A stretch of 64,000 nucleotides of DNA, from contig CM074516.1 in assembly GCA_037379345.1 (NCBI GenBank), forward strand, positions 47,281,626 to 47,345,625, given 5' to 3'. The DNA is from Perna viridis. Its lineage: Eukaryota. The notes beneath the pieces are model-generated. The model saw only the letters and a list, made by a program, of their open reading frames with translations. It ran no database searches and was not told the DNA's origin. Both the position numbers and the translations under genes were made by a program. Shown piece after piece: positions 12,401 through 24,400 of this stretch. The number at the start of each line of letters is the position of its first letter. The stretch's first letter is position 1.

Positions 12401-15400
12401 TTACATCTAATCTATGCACTACATATAAAATCATTCTGCATTGCATATTTTTGAAAAATCTTAGTCCTATCCAAAAAGGAGATTACTTTCATTTACACAT
12501 GTTTATTCTCACTCTTTTACTGTAAACTATAAAAACAATCTAAATAACTTGTATATTTGACACACAATATAAAATACATTAATATCTTCTATTTCAAACC
12601 TCCATAAAACATTTTTTAACACATGCTAAAATGTGCAGGATTATAATAACACACACTGAACAATACCAACAACATAACATAACTAGAACTGTAACACCCT
12701 GCATATAAACAGTCTTCATATCAGGCACCAAACATTTTTAGTTTTGAATAAAACAAACAGATCTAAAATATCTAATTCAATAGTGATGTTTACAGACAGT
12801 AGTTGAACATGTATATTAGTTTTGCTTAACTTCTTTTACTCCAATAAACTCTAAGCTCAATTTACTACATGTACGAACATGTACACATCTAAATCCAGAC
12901 AAAAATTCAACTTGCTGTTAAAACTCATCAAATATTGTTTGGTGTGTACTATTATCTATACCAATTTGTATTCCTTATAAAGACTGTTGATGTCAGGGAT
13001 TAGTATAATAAAAACAAATCATTCAAGTTTAGTCAACTTATACTTTCAGGTGTAAATGATGAATCAAATTATCTAACTACATTTGTATATCAGTACCATA
13101 CTAGCACGCAAATGTCAACATTCTTCTATAGAAAATTAAATCTTTTCTGAAATCATCTGAAAATTCTGGAGAGATAATTAATATATTTCAATGAAACACC
13201 TTGAATAAAGTAAACTGGTAATAAATTAGACACCTTTACTCAAATCTCTTAAGATTAAAAAAAATTAGACATAAAATTTGTAAATTGAGATATGATAAAT
13301 TGAGATCATGTTAAGAATGAACTGTAAATGTAATTCATGCTCATGCTTGGTAACCATGGATACCTCGTCTTTCTTTTCTTCACATTCTTCCTCCTGATCA
13401 TACATCATTAAATTAGAAGTACAATGGTAATGTAGAAGTACAATGTTAATGTACATAAAACCCCAAAAACACCATAAATAATCAGATTTCAATAAATTCA
13501 TGTGTACATACATGTACATGAAAAATAAACAATTAAAATAATCCTCCAGTCCAGATATCCACACTTTACATTATTCATGGATGGATGAAAATCAAAGCAA
13601 GTTTAAGTTAGCCTCATTAATTTTTATACTTATATTGGTTTTAGACATCTGTAGTGATAATGTTTAAAAAAAACATGCTCATTCAACATTTTCTAACAAC
13701 TGAAAATAAAGCACAGTGTTCTCTCTAATACAGAAATGGAGAGGTAAAGCATCCTGTCCTCAAAGACCCAAGTATTGATAAACAGTGTCATCTAAGCCAT
13801 CTCTATACAAAAATACCATTGATGATTTCATTTTCCTTCAAATGCTTTATATACTATGTGTATTGTAACAATATGATAAATCTGAGAGTCTGTGGTACAC
13901 CATATGTCTAGCACATTACAAGCTTAAGTGTCCTGTTCCTGTGTCCCTCTTTTTTTTTCAGATCCTTGCTAGAACACTGAAGTATAAGTTTGCTCGGCTT
14001 GATTTTACTCTGAGTAATAACTGGGAGTACCAACAAGGTCAATCTGCATTGCATATATATACCTACTGATACCTAATGTAAATACTTCCACATATTCTTC
14101 TGTTTGTTACACCAGAAAAAAATATTCATTGAAATTAACCTTACCCCTGTCACAGTGACTGTTGCTTCACTCTTTTTTACTGGTGAGGCCATCTTTAAAA
14201 ATTCATACATAGTTTGTTCTTCTATGCTCATGTCAAAGTCTTCACAATCCTGTAAAAAATAAATAAAAAGATCTGTCATATTAAGGTCAATGTGTACAGT
14301 GTAGCCTTACCATATCTTCACACATTTTTTAGAGGTGTTCTTGGTTTTCAAGGAACATTCAAGTATAACAGTAACTGATCCACATGTAACAAGTTAATTA
14401 ATACATGTTTAACTTATTTCAGTAAATACATGTACTTGATTTTTTTGTGCAATTACAGTATCAATGTTTAAGAAATGTGGTACTTATATTACATATGTAA
14501 CATTTGAAGAAGTCAGTGAGGTGGCATTAATCAATGAGAATGACAACTGCAGCATGGAGAGTTAAAAAAAAATAAAAGTCCCTTCCTACCAACCCTGTTT
14601 TTTTCTTTGAGGTGACCAGAACCACACACATTTTTTTTATTTGGCCTCATCTCTGATACTTACACCACAATACTCATCATCAACAAATATCTGAGGTGGC
14701 AAAGGAACTGCTCCTTCCTTCTTAGTTTTACTATTTGCTCTCATAAATTTTTTAGGTTCTTCATTTTGTGGGTCAGAAATGTCAATTTCTTCAAAGTCAA
14801 TTTTTAAACTCTGTAATATATCCTTTATGTGCTGCTGTTCTTTTCTCATCTGCAAAAAAATCGATAGTAGATGATAATTCTATACATGTAGGTACAAAAG
14901 TAGATGTGGCTTTTTTGTATACAACTAAAAATATTGAGACAAACTACTTGTATAAACTATATGACACAGACATACATGTACACTTAGATCAGATATAAAA
15001 GTACATTTCTAGCTACAGTATCTGCTAGCATTTCAGAAAGTCAAGAAAAAAAGACTAGTACATGTATGTGTAGCAAATCATGACTGCTAACTTACACTAC
15101 TGTCAACCAAAATTTTATTTTCTCCCTTCTTAACAGTGGAGTCACTCATGTCCTCCACTGTGACTCCACTGTAACTCCACCTAAGTAAAAACTATGATGA
15201 AATTGCTCCATTTCTTAACTTTTCAACATTTTTTCTGTCCATAACTGAGAACTGTTATTAAACTGCTAGAACCATTGAATATACCTTGGTATAAAGACAG
15301 GAGTAGTAAACTATAAACACTTTTTGAAATGGTGACTCCACTCATATATCTCCAGTGTGGAGAGTGGAGTAATTAAAATTTGTGTTGACAGAAGTGTACA

Positions 15401-18400
15401 TGTACAAAATTTGTAGTACATTTTGTACATGTATGATGTACATAAGAAGAACTACAACATGTACATGTATAAACATTGAAATTAAAACCCAATTAGAATT
15501 TTGTACATGTATGTGTAAACAAAAAAATCTGAACTATTTTCTTGTAATTACACCTTACAAAAATCATTTTTTTTAAAATGCATGATAAATCTTGATGTAT
15601 TGTATCAAATGAGAACTGTTTAAAATCATTATGAAGTCTCTGATCACAAGCTTATAATCAATCACTAAAATACTTTAGATATGTGTAAGTTATAAAGATC
15701 ATGGTGTGTACAAATGTAGAACAAAAACAGATGTTTGTTTGTACTCATAAATAAAGTAATTAAAAGTATAAAAATTTTCCTGCAAACAATACATGTAGCT
15801 GCAACATTTGTTGCAAATAGTTGCCACAACATTGCTGCAAGTAATTGCGGCAATGTTGTAGCAAATGTTTGCAAGAAAACTTGTTTGCATATGAAAAATG
15901 AACATTTACTACAATGTTGCAGTAAATACATTGTATTTGCAGCAATATTGCAGCAAATATTTGAAGGCTTATTTTTCCATAAGAGGGCCCTATGAATGGA
16001 TTTTGGTTGGCAAAAAGTCCAAAAAGTTGCATGGGGCATCAACTGTAAATCATAATTATTTTTTTCATTTTTATCAATTTAGATCGAAGATCAGAACTGA
16101 TATAGCAGTCGCCAGAGCCTTTAGATTTGATAAACCTGTTAGCATCTGAAATCATCTTACACTACAACAGAAAAATAGTCCCACTGGTATACCCAATTAA
16201 GGTTCAAAGCAGATAGTTACAGTTTTCACAACTAACTTTCCAGTTCACAGGCCCCAAATACATTTTTCAGGAATTTTTATATAAGTGACTGCTGGCCTGT
16301 AGTAGTTAATTTTACAGGCCCACCTCCATTTTGACAAGCCTTGGGCTTCAAACTATTTCTTAACAGTGAAGACTGTAGTAAGATCCACTTTATGAGGTAT
16401 TTCTTACATATCATATTTAATTCTATGCTATATACACCAATAAACAAATTCCCAATAAACAATTTATACTGCAAACTAAATATGATGATTAATTTGGTTT
16501 GTATTAACAAGGAATCAATTAAAAATAGTTGACCTCTAACCTCACCAGCACTTGTTTATTTCTATGCATTTACTTGAATAAACCAATTGTTCATTATATT
16601 ATATATGTCAATATATTTAAGTAGCCTACAAATACAATGTTCTTAGACCCATAATAAATCATTTGATGTTTAGCTAGAAATAAAAAGCCTTTGCGATTAT
16701 AAATAGTCATCATTCATAGAAATGAAAAAGAAAGAGCAATGCTGTATGCCAACTGAAAGAGCTGTCCTCAGATATTTCATGCAGGACCTGGTGAATCCGT
16801 ATATTTACAAAAAGGGGGCAGTGGTTCTAATCAAGAAAATTATGTAAAGAAAGAGGTTCCAGACAGGGACTACACTCCCTGTTCCAGACTATTTGCCACT
16901 AATTTTTTGCTCAACTTTTAACAAAAGGGTAGCATAACCCCAAAACCATCTTCATCTATCACCAACTGTATCGTGTATTTTTATTACGGTTACCACCCAG
17001 TAACATCGGAAGCCCGGAGATAACAAAAACAATAAAACTTAGCTTACTATGGCATAGGAATTTCGATAATGCATTTCTAAGGAATGGTGTCCGTCTGATG
17101 TCTGGTGATATTGCTTTTTGTAATAATTATAATCATATTTGGCTATTTGGCCATGTGTTATAATGATACGGCCATATGTGCTTCAGGACCTTAAAGGTGC
17201 ATGACAAGTGTTTCCTGCACCAGACATAATTGTTGAAATTTTATTCAAAGACTTTGGCGTTTATCCCAATGTACATGTACGTGTCCCCTGAACTAGGTGT
17301 CCAGAAACTAAGTATTTTTACATGACACACAAGTGTCTATGGGGTAACTTGTAGGACTTGAGCTGTATAGCTTATCAACTTAGAAATTTGTAGCTAGTTG
17401 AGAGGGACATGTATCTAAGGGCATGCTTTATTTCAATGATTGTGGCTAAGTTTGAATGATTTGACAGACAGTTTCTACCTGGATATCATAAATTGAATTT
17501 CGACTTGAAAATTTAGAAATTGGGAAAGGCCAAATAGTAGTTTGCAGTTCAATAGGGTATGTAAGTCTCGTCATGTGACTCCATGATTTTATGAGAATGG
17601 GTCCTCGTCTACCATTCAAATGCATGGAGATTCGTCATTAACACATCAATGGGTTCAATATTAAAAGCAAAATTTTTTTGTGTGTATACATACTGATAAA
17701 AATGACAAATATCTAGTTCTACATAATAAAAATATTAAGAAAAGCATAAAATAGAAGATTTTGCATTGTGATTGCAGCGTTTCGATTTCCCAGAAGTAAA
17801 CAATAAAATGCAGATCGGTTTTCGGATTTCAATATATTCAACATCGGAAATTCCGGAAGGGAAACTGAAACCAGAACAAGACTTACAAACCCTATTATGC
17901 ATGTATGTATGTTAGATGTTTTGTATTAATGCATCTAGGTGTTCCATGTAAACCAACACTGAACTTGAATATTTCGCCAACTGGCGCACTGCATGCTACA
18001 ATGCATCACAAATTTTGTTGTGTGTTTATTAAATGTCTTTGGTAATCAGAATGATGAAATTAAATAAATCAAAGAGTTCATTCCATCCGTCTGTCTAAAT
18101 AGGTGATAACATGAAGAATCATAAATATAGATAGAATTCAAATTTCAGTCTGATGGGATTATTTGTACAAAAGATGTTGTTTTTTACACTCTCCAAATTT
18201 TGTTGGTGAATTGGAGTTACCTTTCAATATCAACCATTTACAACAATAAGCTAGTGTATTAGTATGTTTGAATTCGATCACCTTACTTTCCTTTTATCCC
18301 TGCTTTTATACCATCTCTACTTTTTTTGACAATTATTTGAGGCATAAAAATTCAAACGATCAATATAAATTGATTCAATACATGAGTCCTTTGATTTAAG

Positions 18401-21400
18401 ATACAGGTAATTGAAAAATTATTTTGGTTCACCTAAACTGCAAATTAAAACTCATTTTACCTATTGAATTACTTTTCAAGTAACAGAATTATCAATTCAC
18501 TTACAAAATAAGCATTATTTTATCTAAATAAAACATTTTATAAACCCAAAATGGATATATAGTTGTTTTTCATTTTTACAGAATGCATGCCATTATATAA
18601 GTTTTTCAAAGGGACATAACCCACCAACACAAGAAAACCTGGTTGGCAGTCTGATTGGGGAAAGGAAAAACAGTACACATTTTTCTTTGAGACTTGAACT
18701 ATTTTTACTTCTGTAAGTAGCTAAATGGTTTGAAATTAATTATTTAAAAGTATCCAAGTGCACTACTGTCAACACAAATTTTAATTTCTCCACTCTTCAC
18801 AGTGGAGCACCATTTCAAAAATTGTCTGAAGTTTACTACTCCTGGCTTTATACCAAGGTACATTTAATGGTTCTAGCAGTTCAAAGACATTTTTCATTTA
18901 TGGACAGAAAAAAAGTTGAAAAGTAATGAAATGGAGCAGTTTTATCCTAGTTTTTACTTAGGTGGAGGACAAGAGTAACTCCAGTATGAAGAGTGGAGAA
19001 ATAAAAATTTTGGTTGATGGTGGTGTACTAACCATAGCTCCAATAAGTCAAATATTGAATTTTAAGTCTACTGGTCTACTGCTATCCATTGCCTTAATCA
19101 GAAAGTAAACCAGTTAGAGAGTTAGTTCCCTTTGCTCAAAATTAAAAAAAAACCACAAAGTTGAAATCAGGAAAATAAGAATAGTCAAATAGTCAATTGA
19201 CAAAGTTATGTGTATAAGGCTTTGAAAGTTAATTTATTATCCTGAAATTGTTAATTGCTAATTTGGATGTTATCATCCACGGATTTGACACGATTGGCAA
19301 ACCTTTCATCTCAGATTGACAGACTGACTAAAAGACAAGTTTTATTTAAAAGTCAGTGCATTAACTTCCAACAAAACCTCTGAAGAGCATTTAATGGACT
19401 ATATTGGTAAAAGCAAGACCCTTCTGGAACAACTCATGTTGATACTTAAAAATTACATAACCTCACTTCTCATTCAGTTTTTGCCTAAAAAAAAACGCTC
19501 CATTGAATATACCGGAACTTATGTGTACAGTGATTGGGATTCAAATTTTGCCAATGGGACTATGGCCCCCTTACCCTTCAATTCAATGGGAAATTTTCAA
19601 TTTAAATGGGACAAAATTTGGAATAGAAGCTAAGGCCGGCTAAACGTAGATATTGAAGACCAAATGCAGGGATTTAGCCAGGATTTTCAACCCATTAGTC
19701 ACTTTTGCCCAAGACTAAATCTCAGTGCTGTTTTTTCTTTTCCATCGCAAATTTATCAGCATGCATGTATATACATATACTTATAACAACTATATTATAA
19801 ATAATAACATGTTCATTGTAAGTTGCTGCTCGCCAACCATTATATGTTTTTGAGTGCGCTAGTAACATCTGACTCGTGTGTTTTATTGGCTGAAGTCACT
19901 CCTTGCTCAAATTCTGGCTTCATGGATTTGGTCTGGACTGCCCGTTTATGATCAGCAGTGTTGATGTGCTTCTGTATATTATCTTTTAGGAATGTGTTGC
20001 TTCCGATAGAAAATGTATTGGTAAGTCCAGCATCTTGGCAGTCATGGTAGTACATCGCCCTATCTTTGCAAAGAAATATCTTTGACCACTCTGGTTTAAA
20101 TTTTGACTTTAATAGTCGATCACTGCGACTCTTTGTAGTAGTTGACTTATTTTTAGACTTTTGACCTTTAGGTGCGTTGTCATGTGACGACGAACTAAAA
20201 TAGTTCGTAATGGCGGACATAGTTGCGATTCGAACTGTGATTGAAAAATCCAAACATCTTTCCATTATAAATACATACGATGACACTTTGAGTACTTTGA
20301 GGACGTGTCACAGCGCTCAACAAACAAATCATTACCGTTAATTAATTTGTTTGTCGGGATAATTAGCCTCAACCAGGTACTCAAGCAAGGTGTGATCAAA
20401 GGTGATGCAATCAAAACATTGGTCATGATTGTTTATTGTAAAACCCTAATTGGCTTGGGAAAGGTAATAAAGTTGTCAATTAAGTCAGCACTCCACAGTA
20501 TTGTAGAACTGCCTAATTTTGGTCTTGTAATCTGACGCTTTGTAACATTTATCACTTTAAAAAAATGTCAAGCATCTGTAAATCTATATATTTAGAAATA
20601 GCTCTAGCCAAGGCCTTCAGGATGCAGTAAAAATTTTCTGGAAAAAATTACCCACAGCATATAGGGTTACCATAGAAACCATGCAAAAATATGCGAAAAT
20701 TTGCAACAAAAGTTCATAAAATCAGGTTTAAAAATATCAAATTTCCCGCAAAATATCTGCAATTTTTATTTCATCCCCTGAAACTGTTCAAACTTTTTCC
20801 TTCGAAAACCCCTTCCTCATATGGGCATCGCCGGTTAGATTTTGAGCTATTTCACTTTGTAATCCACTTATTAAATTTAGCATGGTGAAAAATTGACTTA
20901 CTTTCACTTTCACAATGAAGTCAAATTGTCATTGAAAAAAAGCCCCTTCAACATTGAAAATATATAAAACATTGCAAAATACTTTTAAAAGTCCCCTTTT
21001 TTCATAAAATGTTTTATCAACAATAGATCCTTCATTTTTAATCACTATAGCAACCACCGGTTTCCATTTATGTCATTTTTCATCCCTAGCCAAAAGTGGG
21101 AAACTAAACTAAACTGTGGAGTGCTGGCTTAAGCAGAATGCAATATTAAATATTGTAATTTTCTAGTTATTTCTTGAAAGCTTACCTTCTTACGAGTACA
21201 ATGATACCAAATTTATCATAATTGGACAATTGATAACAATTTTAGAGGCATTCTCATTCTAGGCTATCTCCTCTTCATTAGTGTAGAACTTTCCTTATAC
21301 CTAAGTGCAGATATGCATTTCACTGTTTTGCTATAATCATCTTTTAAATGAAAATTTCCACTTTACACATACAAAATCACAACCTATATATACTTATAAA

Positions 21401-24400
21401 CCCTACATTTGGGGTTTTGTAAGCTTCTAACACAGGTTTTATGCAAAAAAATAGTGCATTTGAAGCTCATCGCATGAAAAATCACAGAAATCTGAATGAA
21501 CTGAAAACCAAATACTAAAAAGCCCACTCCAGGTCTAAGGTTATTAAACCTTTGCTTATTGTGCACTTAAAAGTAGCCCGGTTAACTATTTTACATGTAA
21601 CCTGCGCAAATATTTAGCTTTTAAAAATATATTTCATTCTTTGTGATGGCAAGAGCCATATTCAAACATGAATCAGTTCAATGTCTGTTCTGTTAACTTT
21701 GCAAAAAATCTGCATAATTGGTTGCTAGGGACTTCTTAGCTAACAACAACATAGGTCCATACCATAAGTTACATTTTTTTAACCCTTGTATCAAAGCATA
21801 GCATAAAAACACTAGTTTCTAAGAAGTAAAGCAATTTTTTAAATGTGTCTGGGTATAGGCAGCTCCCTTTAAGCCAGCACTCCACAGTATTGTAGAACTG
21901 CCTAATTTTGGTCTTGTAATCTGATGCTTTGTAACATTTATCACTTTAAAAAAATGTCAAGCATCTGTAAATCTATATATTTAGAAATAGCTCTAGCCAA
22001 GGCCTTCAGGATGCAGTAAAAATTTTCTGGAAAAAAAATTACCCACAGCATATAGGATTACCATAGAAACCATGCAAAAATATGCGAAAATTTGCAATAA
22101 AAGTTCATAAAATCAGGTTTAAAAATATCAAATTTCCCGCAAAATATCTGCAATTTTTATTTCATCCCCTGAAACTGTTCAAACTTTTTCCTTCGAAAAC
22201 CCCTTCCTCATATGGGCATCGCCGGTTAGATTTTGAGCTATTTCACTTAGTAATCCACTTATTAAATTTAGCATGGTGAAAAATTGACTTACTTTCACTT
22301 TCACAATGAAGTCAAATTGTCATTGAAAAAAAGCCCCTTCAACATTGAAAATATATAAAACATTGCAAAATACTTTTAAAAGTCCCCTTTTTTCATAAAA
22401 TGTTTTATCAACAATAGATCCTTCATTTTTAATCACTATAGCAACCACCGGTTTCCATTTATGTCATTTTTAATCCCTAGCCAAAAGTGGGAAACTAAAC
22501 TAAACTGTGGAGTGCTGGCTATGAGGTCATGGGAACATCTGAGGCTTTTTTACCAATATTTTTTTGGGGGGGAGCAAAATATCAAGTGACGAATCTTGCA
22601 TGAGAAAAATTCGCCACTTTTGAAAATCATTCATCAATGGCGAAAATGGCGAGCGCTAGCTAAATCACTGCAAATGTAACATAAACAAACTTTAATTTAC
22701 ACTGCAGATCAAATATTTATTAAGAGTCAACAATTAACGTGTCAATTAATTGTCACATCAAATCTCTTTTCTTTTCTATTGTTTGAGTTTTTATACTAAT
22801 GTATTGTCTAGTCCGTTATCATAGCCCACAGATCCGCCATCACTTAGGCTATTAAAGTAGTAAATCACAAATGATAGGAAAGATTCAATTTTTTTTTTGT
22901 TTGGCTGCAATCAGAATTTGGATTTGTTTGGGGTGTTTCAGGACCAGAAAATATGACTCCACCATTATCAATATTTTCAAAAGGGGGTTCATAATTGTGT
23001 CTTGCTGCCAAGTTAGTTTCTACAACAAATGCAGTTTCATTCTGGTAATTACCATCATTAATATTTTTTTAGGCATTGAAAAAGACACCTCCATGCATTT
23101 TTTACTGTCACAAGTAGTGGACAACACCCCACCATCAATGATGGAAACTTAATGCGTGCACATGACACGACACATTAGTCACTCAATGGGCCATTCTAAG
23201 AGAAAATGCAACTATGGCGCTTGGCACACGGTAATCCCAATCACTGCAATACATTAAGCTTCCTAAAAAGAAATATAAACATCAGTTCCACCAAGGTAAA
23301 GGAGCAGGCATATAAATCGCTAGTCAGGCCATCACTGGAATACGCCTGCTCTATTTGGAATCCATACACTATAGATGACAAAAACAGAATAGAAATGATT
23401 CAAAGGTGTGCAGATAGGTTTGTGACAAAAAGGTACCACAATACCTCATGATACAATAAATTGGAGAAGCCTAGCTCATAGAAGATAAGACACAAGTGAC
23501 AAGATTAATAATATTATACAAAATCAATTATTCCCTAGTTGCCAAAACAGACCGGTTAATTCCACCTCTCAGCAGGGATTGACACTAACTTTTTTATCTT
23601 GGTTGCCACCCAGGCTCCTAAGTTAAAAAATCTAGGAGCCCAGAAAATTTTTCAGAATATTAGTTTAATGTGTAATTGTTTGAAAATACATTTCTTTTCA
23701 AGGGATTTTAAAAGTATTATGGAATAAACTATTTATTTCCCTGTCTTCAGTTTATTACCTTTCGTTTTTCTGCAGGAGATCGTTTAGTTTGTTCCTTCGC
23801 AATCGGCTTTACCCCTTCAATGTATCGCCACATTTTACCATGGTCTTTACTAACTGGTATTTATTATTTGCATTTGTACGCAAAATTCAACCAGTTGCAA
23901 TTTCCGGTATGCCTAAAAACCGGAAAACAAACCCGACCACGTACCAAAATTACGGTCGTCACTCGGACGACAAACAATGGTTATTATCGTCACCCAGCAA
24001 AAATTTAAGTCGCCACGGGCGACTGGGCGACTGTTAGTGTCAATCCCTGTCTTAGACAGTCCCGAAACACTCATTGTCCTTCCAAATTCCTCAGTGTCAA
24101 TTACAAGTCAGACAATGATCTTTCTTTCCAAAAACCACCAAATTATGGAACAGTATACCAGAGAACATTGTTATGAGTGACTCAGTCAAAAGTCATTTCA
24201 ACATGTTCAATTTACACCTACAGTCATTAAACATCTACTAATGTATATAGTTTTAAACTCACTCTTATTGTTTATTTTCAGATTCATATTATTTTTAAAT
24301 TCAATCCTATAGGAGAGTTCGCCAATCTCATTAGTGATGTCATATTCACTAATTTGCATATCATTAAGTGCCAAATTGGTTGGCAAATAAACAACTAAAT

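Larger units (their letters stand above)
19667..22670 (-). mobile_element. Internally deleted hAT-superfamily DNA transposon with 6-bp TSD, hosting nested insertions
   Basis: TIRs CAGGGATTTAGC (19667) and GCTAAATCACTG (ending 22670), both flanked by CAAATG. ORF 20286-19840 encodes a degenerate TTF-type zinc finger (FKPEWSKIF..MYYHDC..FSIGSNTFLKDNIQKHINTADH) like the N-terminus of ZNF862/hAT transposases. Confidence 0.8.

Noticed and set aside
15665-16149. Cluster of overlapping ORFs on both strands
   Set aside because: Low-complexity TGTTGC/GCAACA quasi-palindromic repeat, probably a TE remnant; no recognisable protein.
17080-17136. Minus-strand MIIIITKSNITRHQT as an alternative SH3BGR first exon
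   Set aside because: No GT donor at the required position and a stop follows shortly.
19840-20286. Zinc-finger ORF as a domesticated ZNF862-like host gene
   Set aside because: Lies within TIRs and a TSD, has lost a zinc-ligand Cys, and is truncated before the catalytic domain.
20484-22519. Direct repeats read as the LTR pair of a TRIM/LTR retroelement
   Set aside because: No TG...CA ends, PBS or PPT; each copy has its own TIRs and TTAA flanks, which fits DNA transposons.
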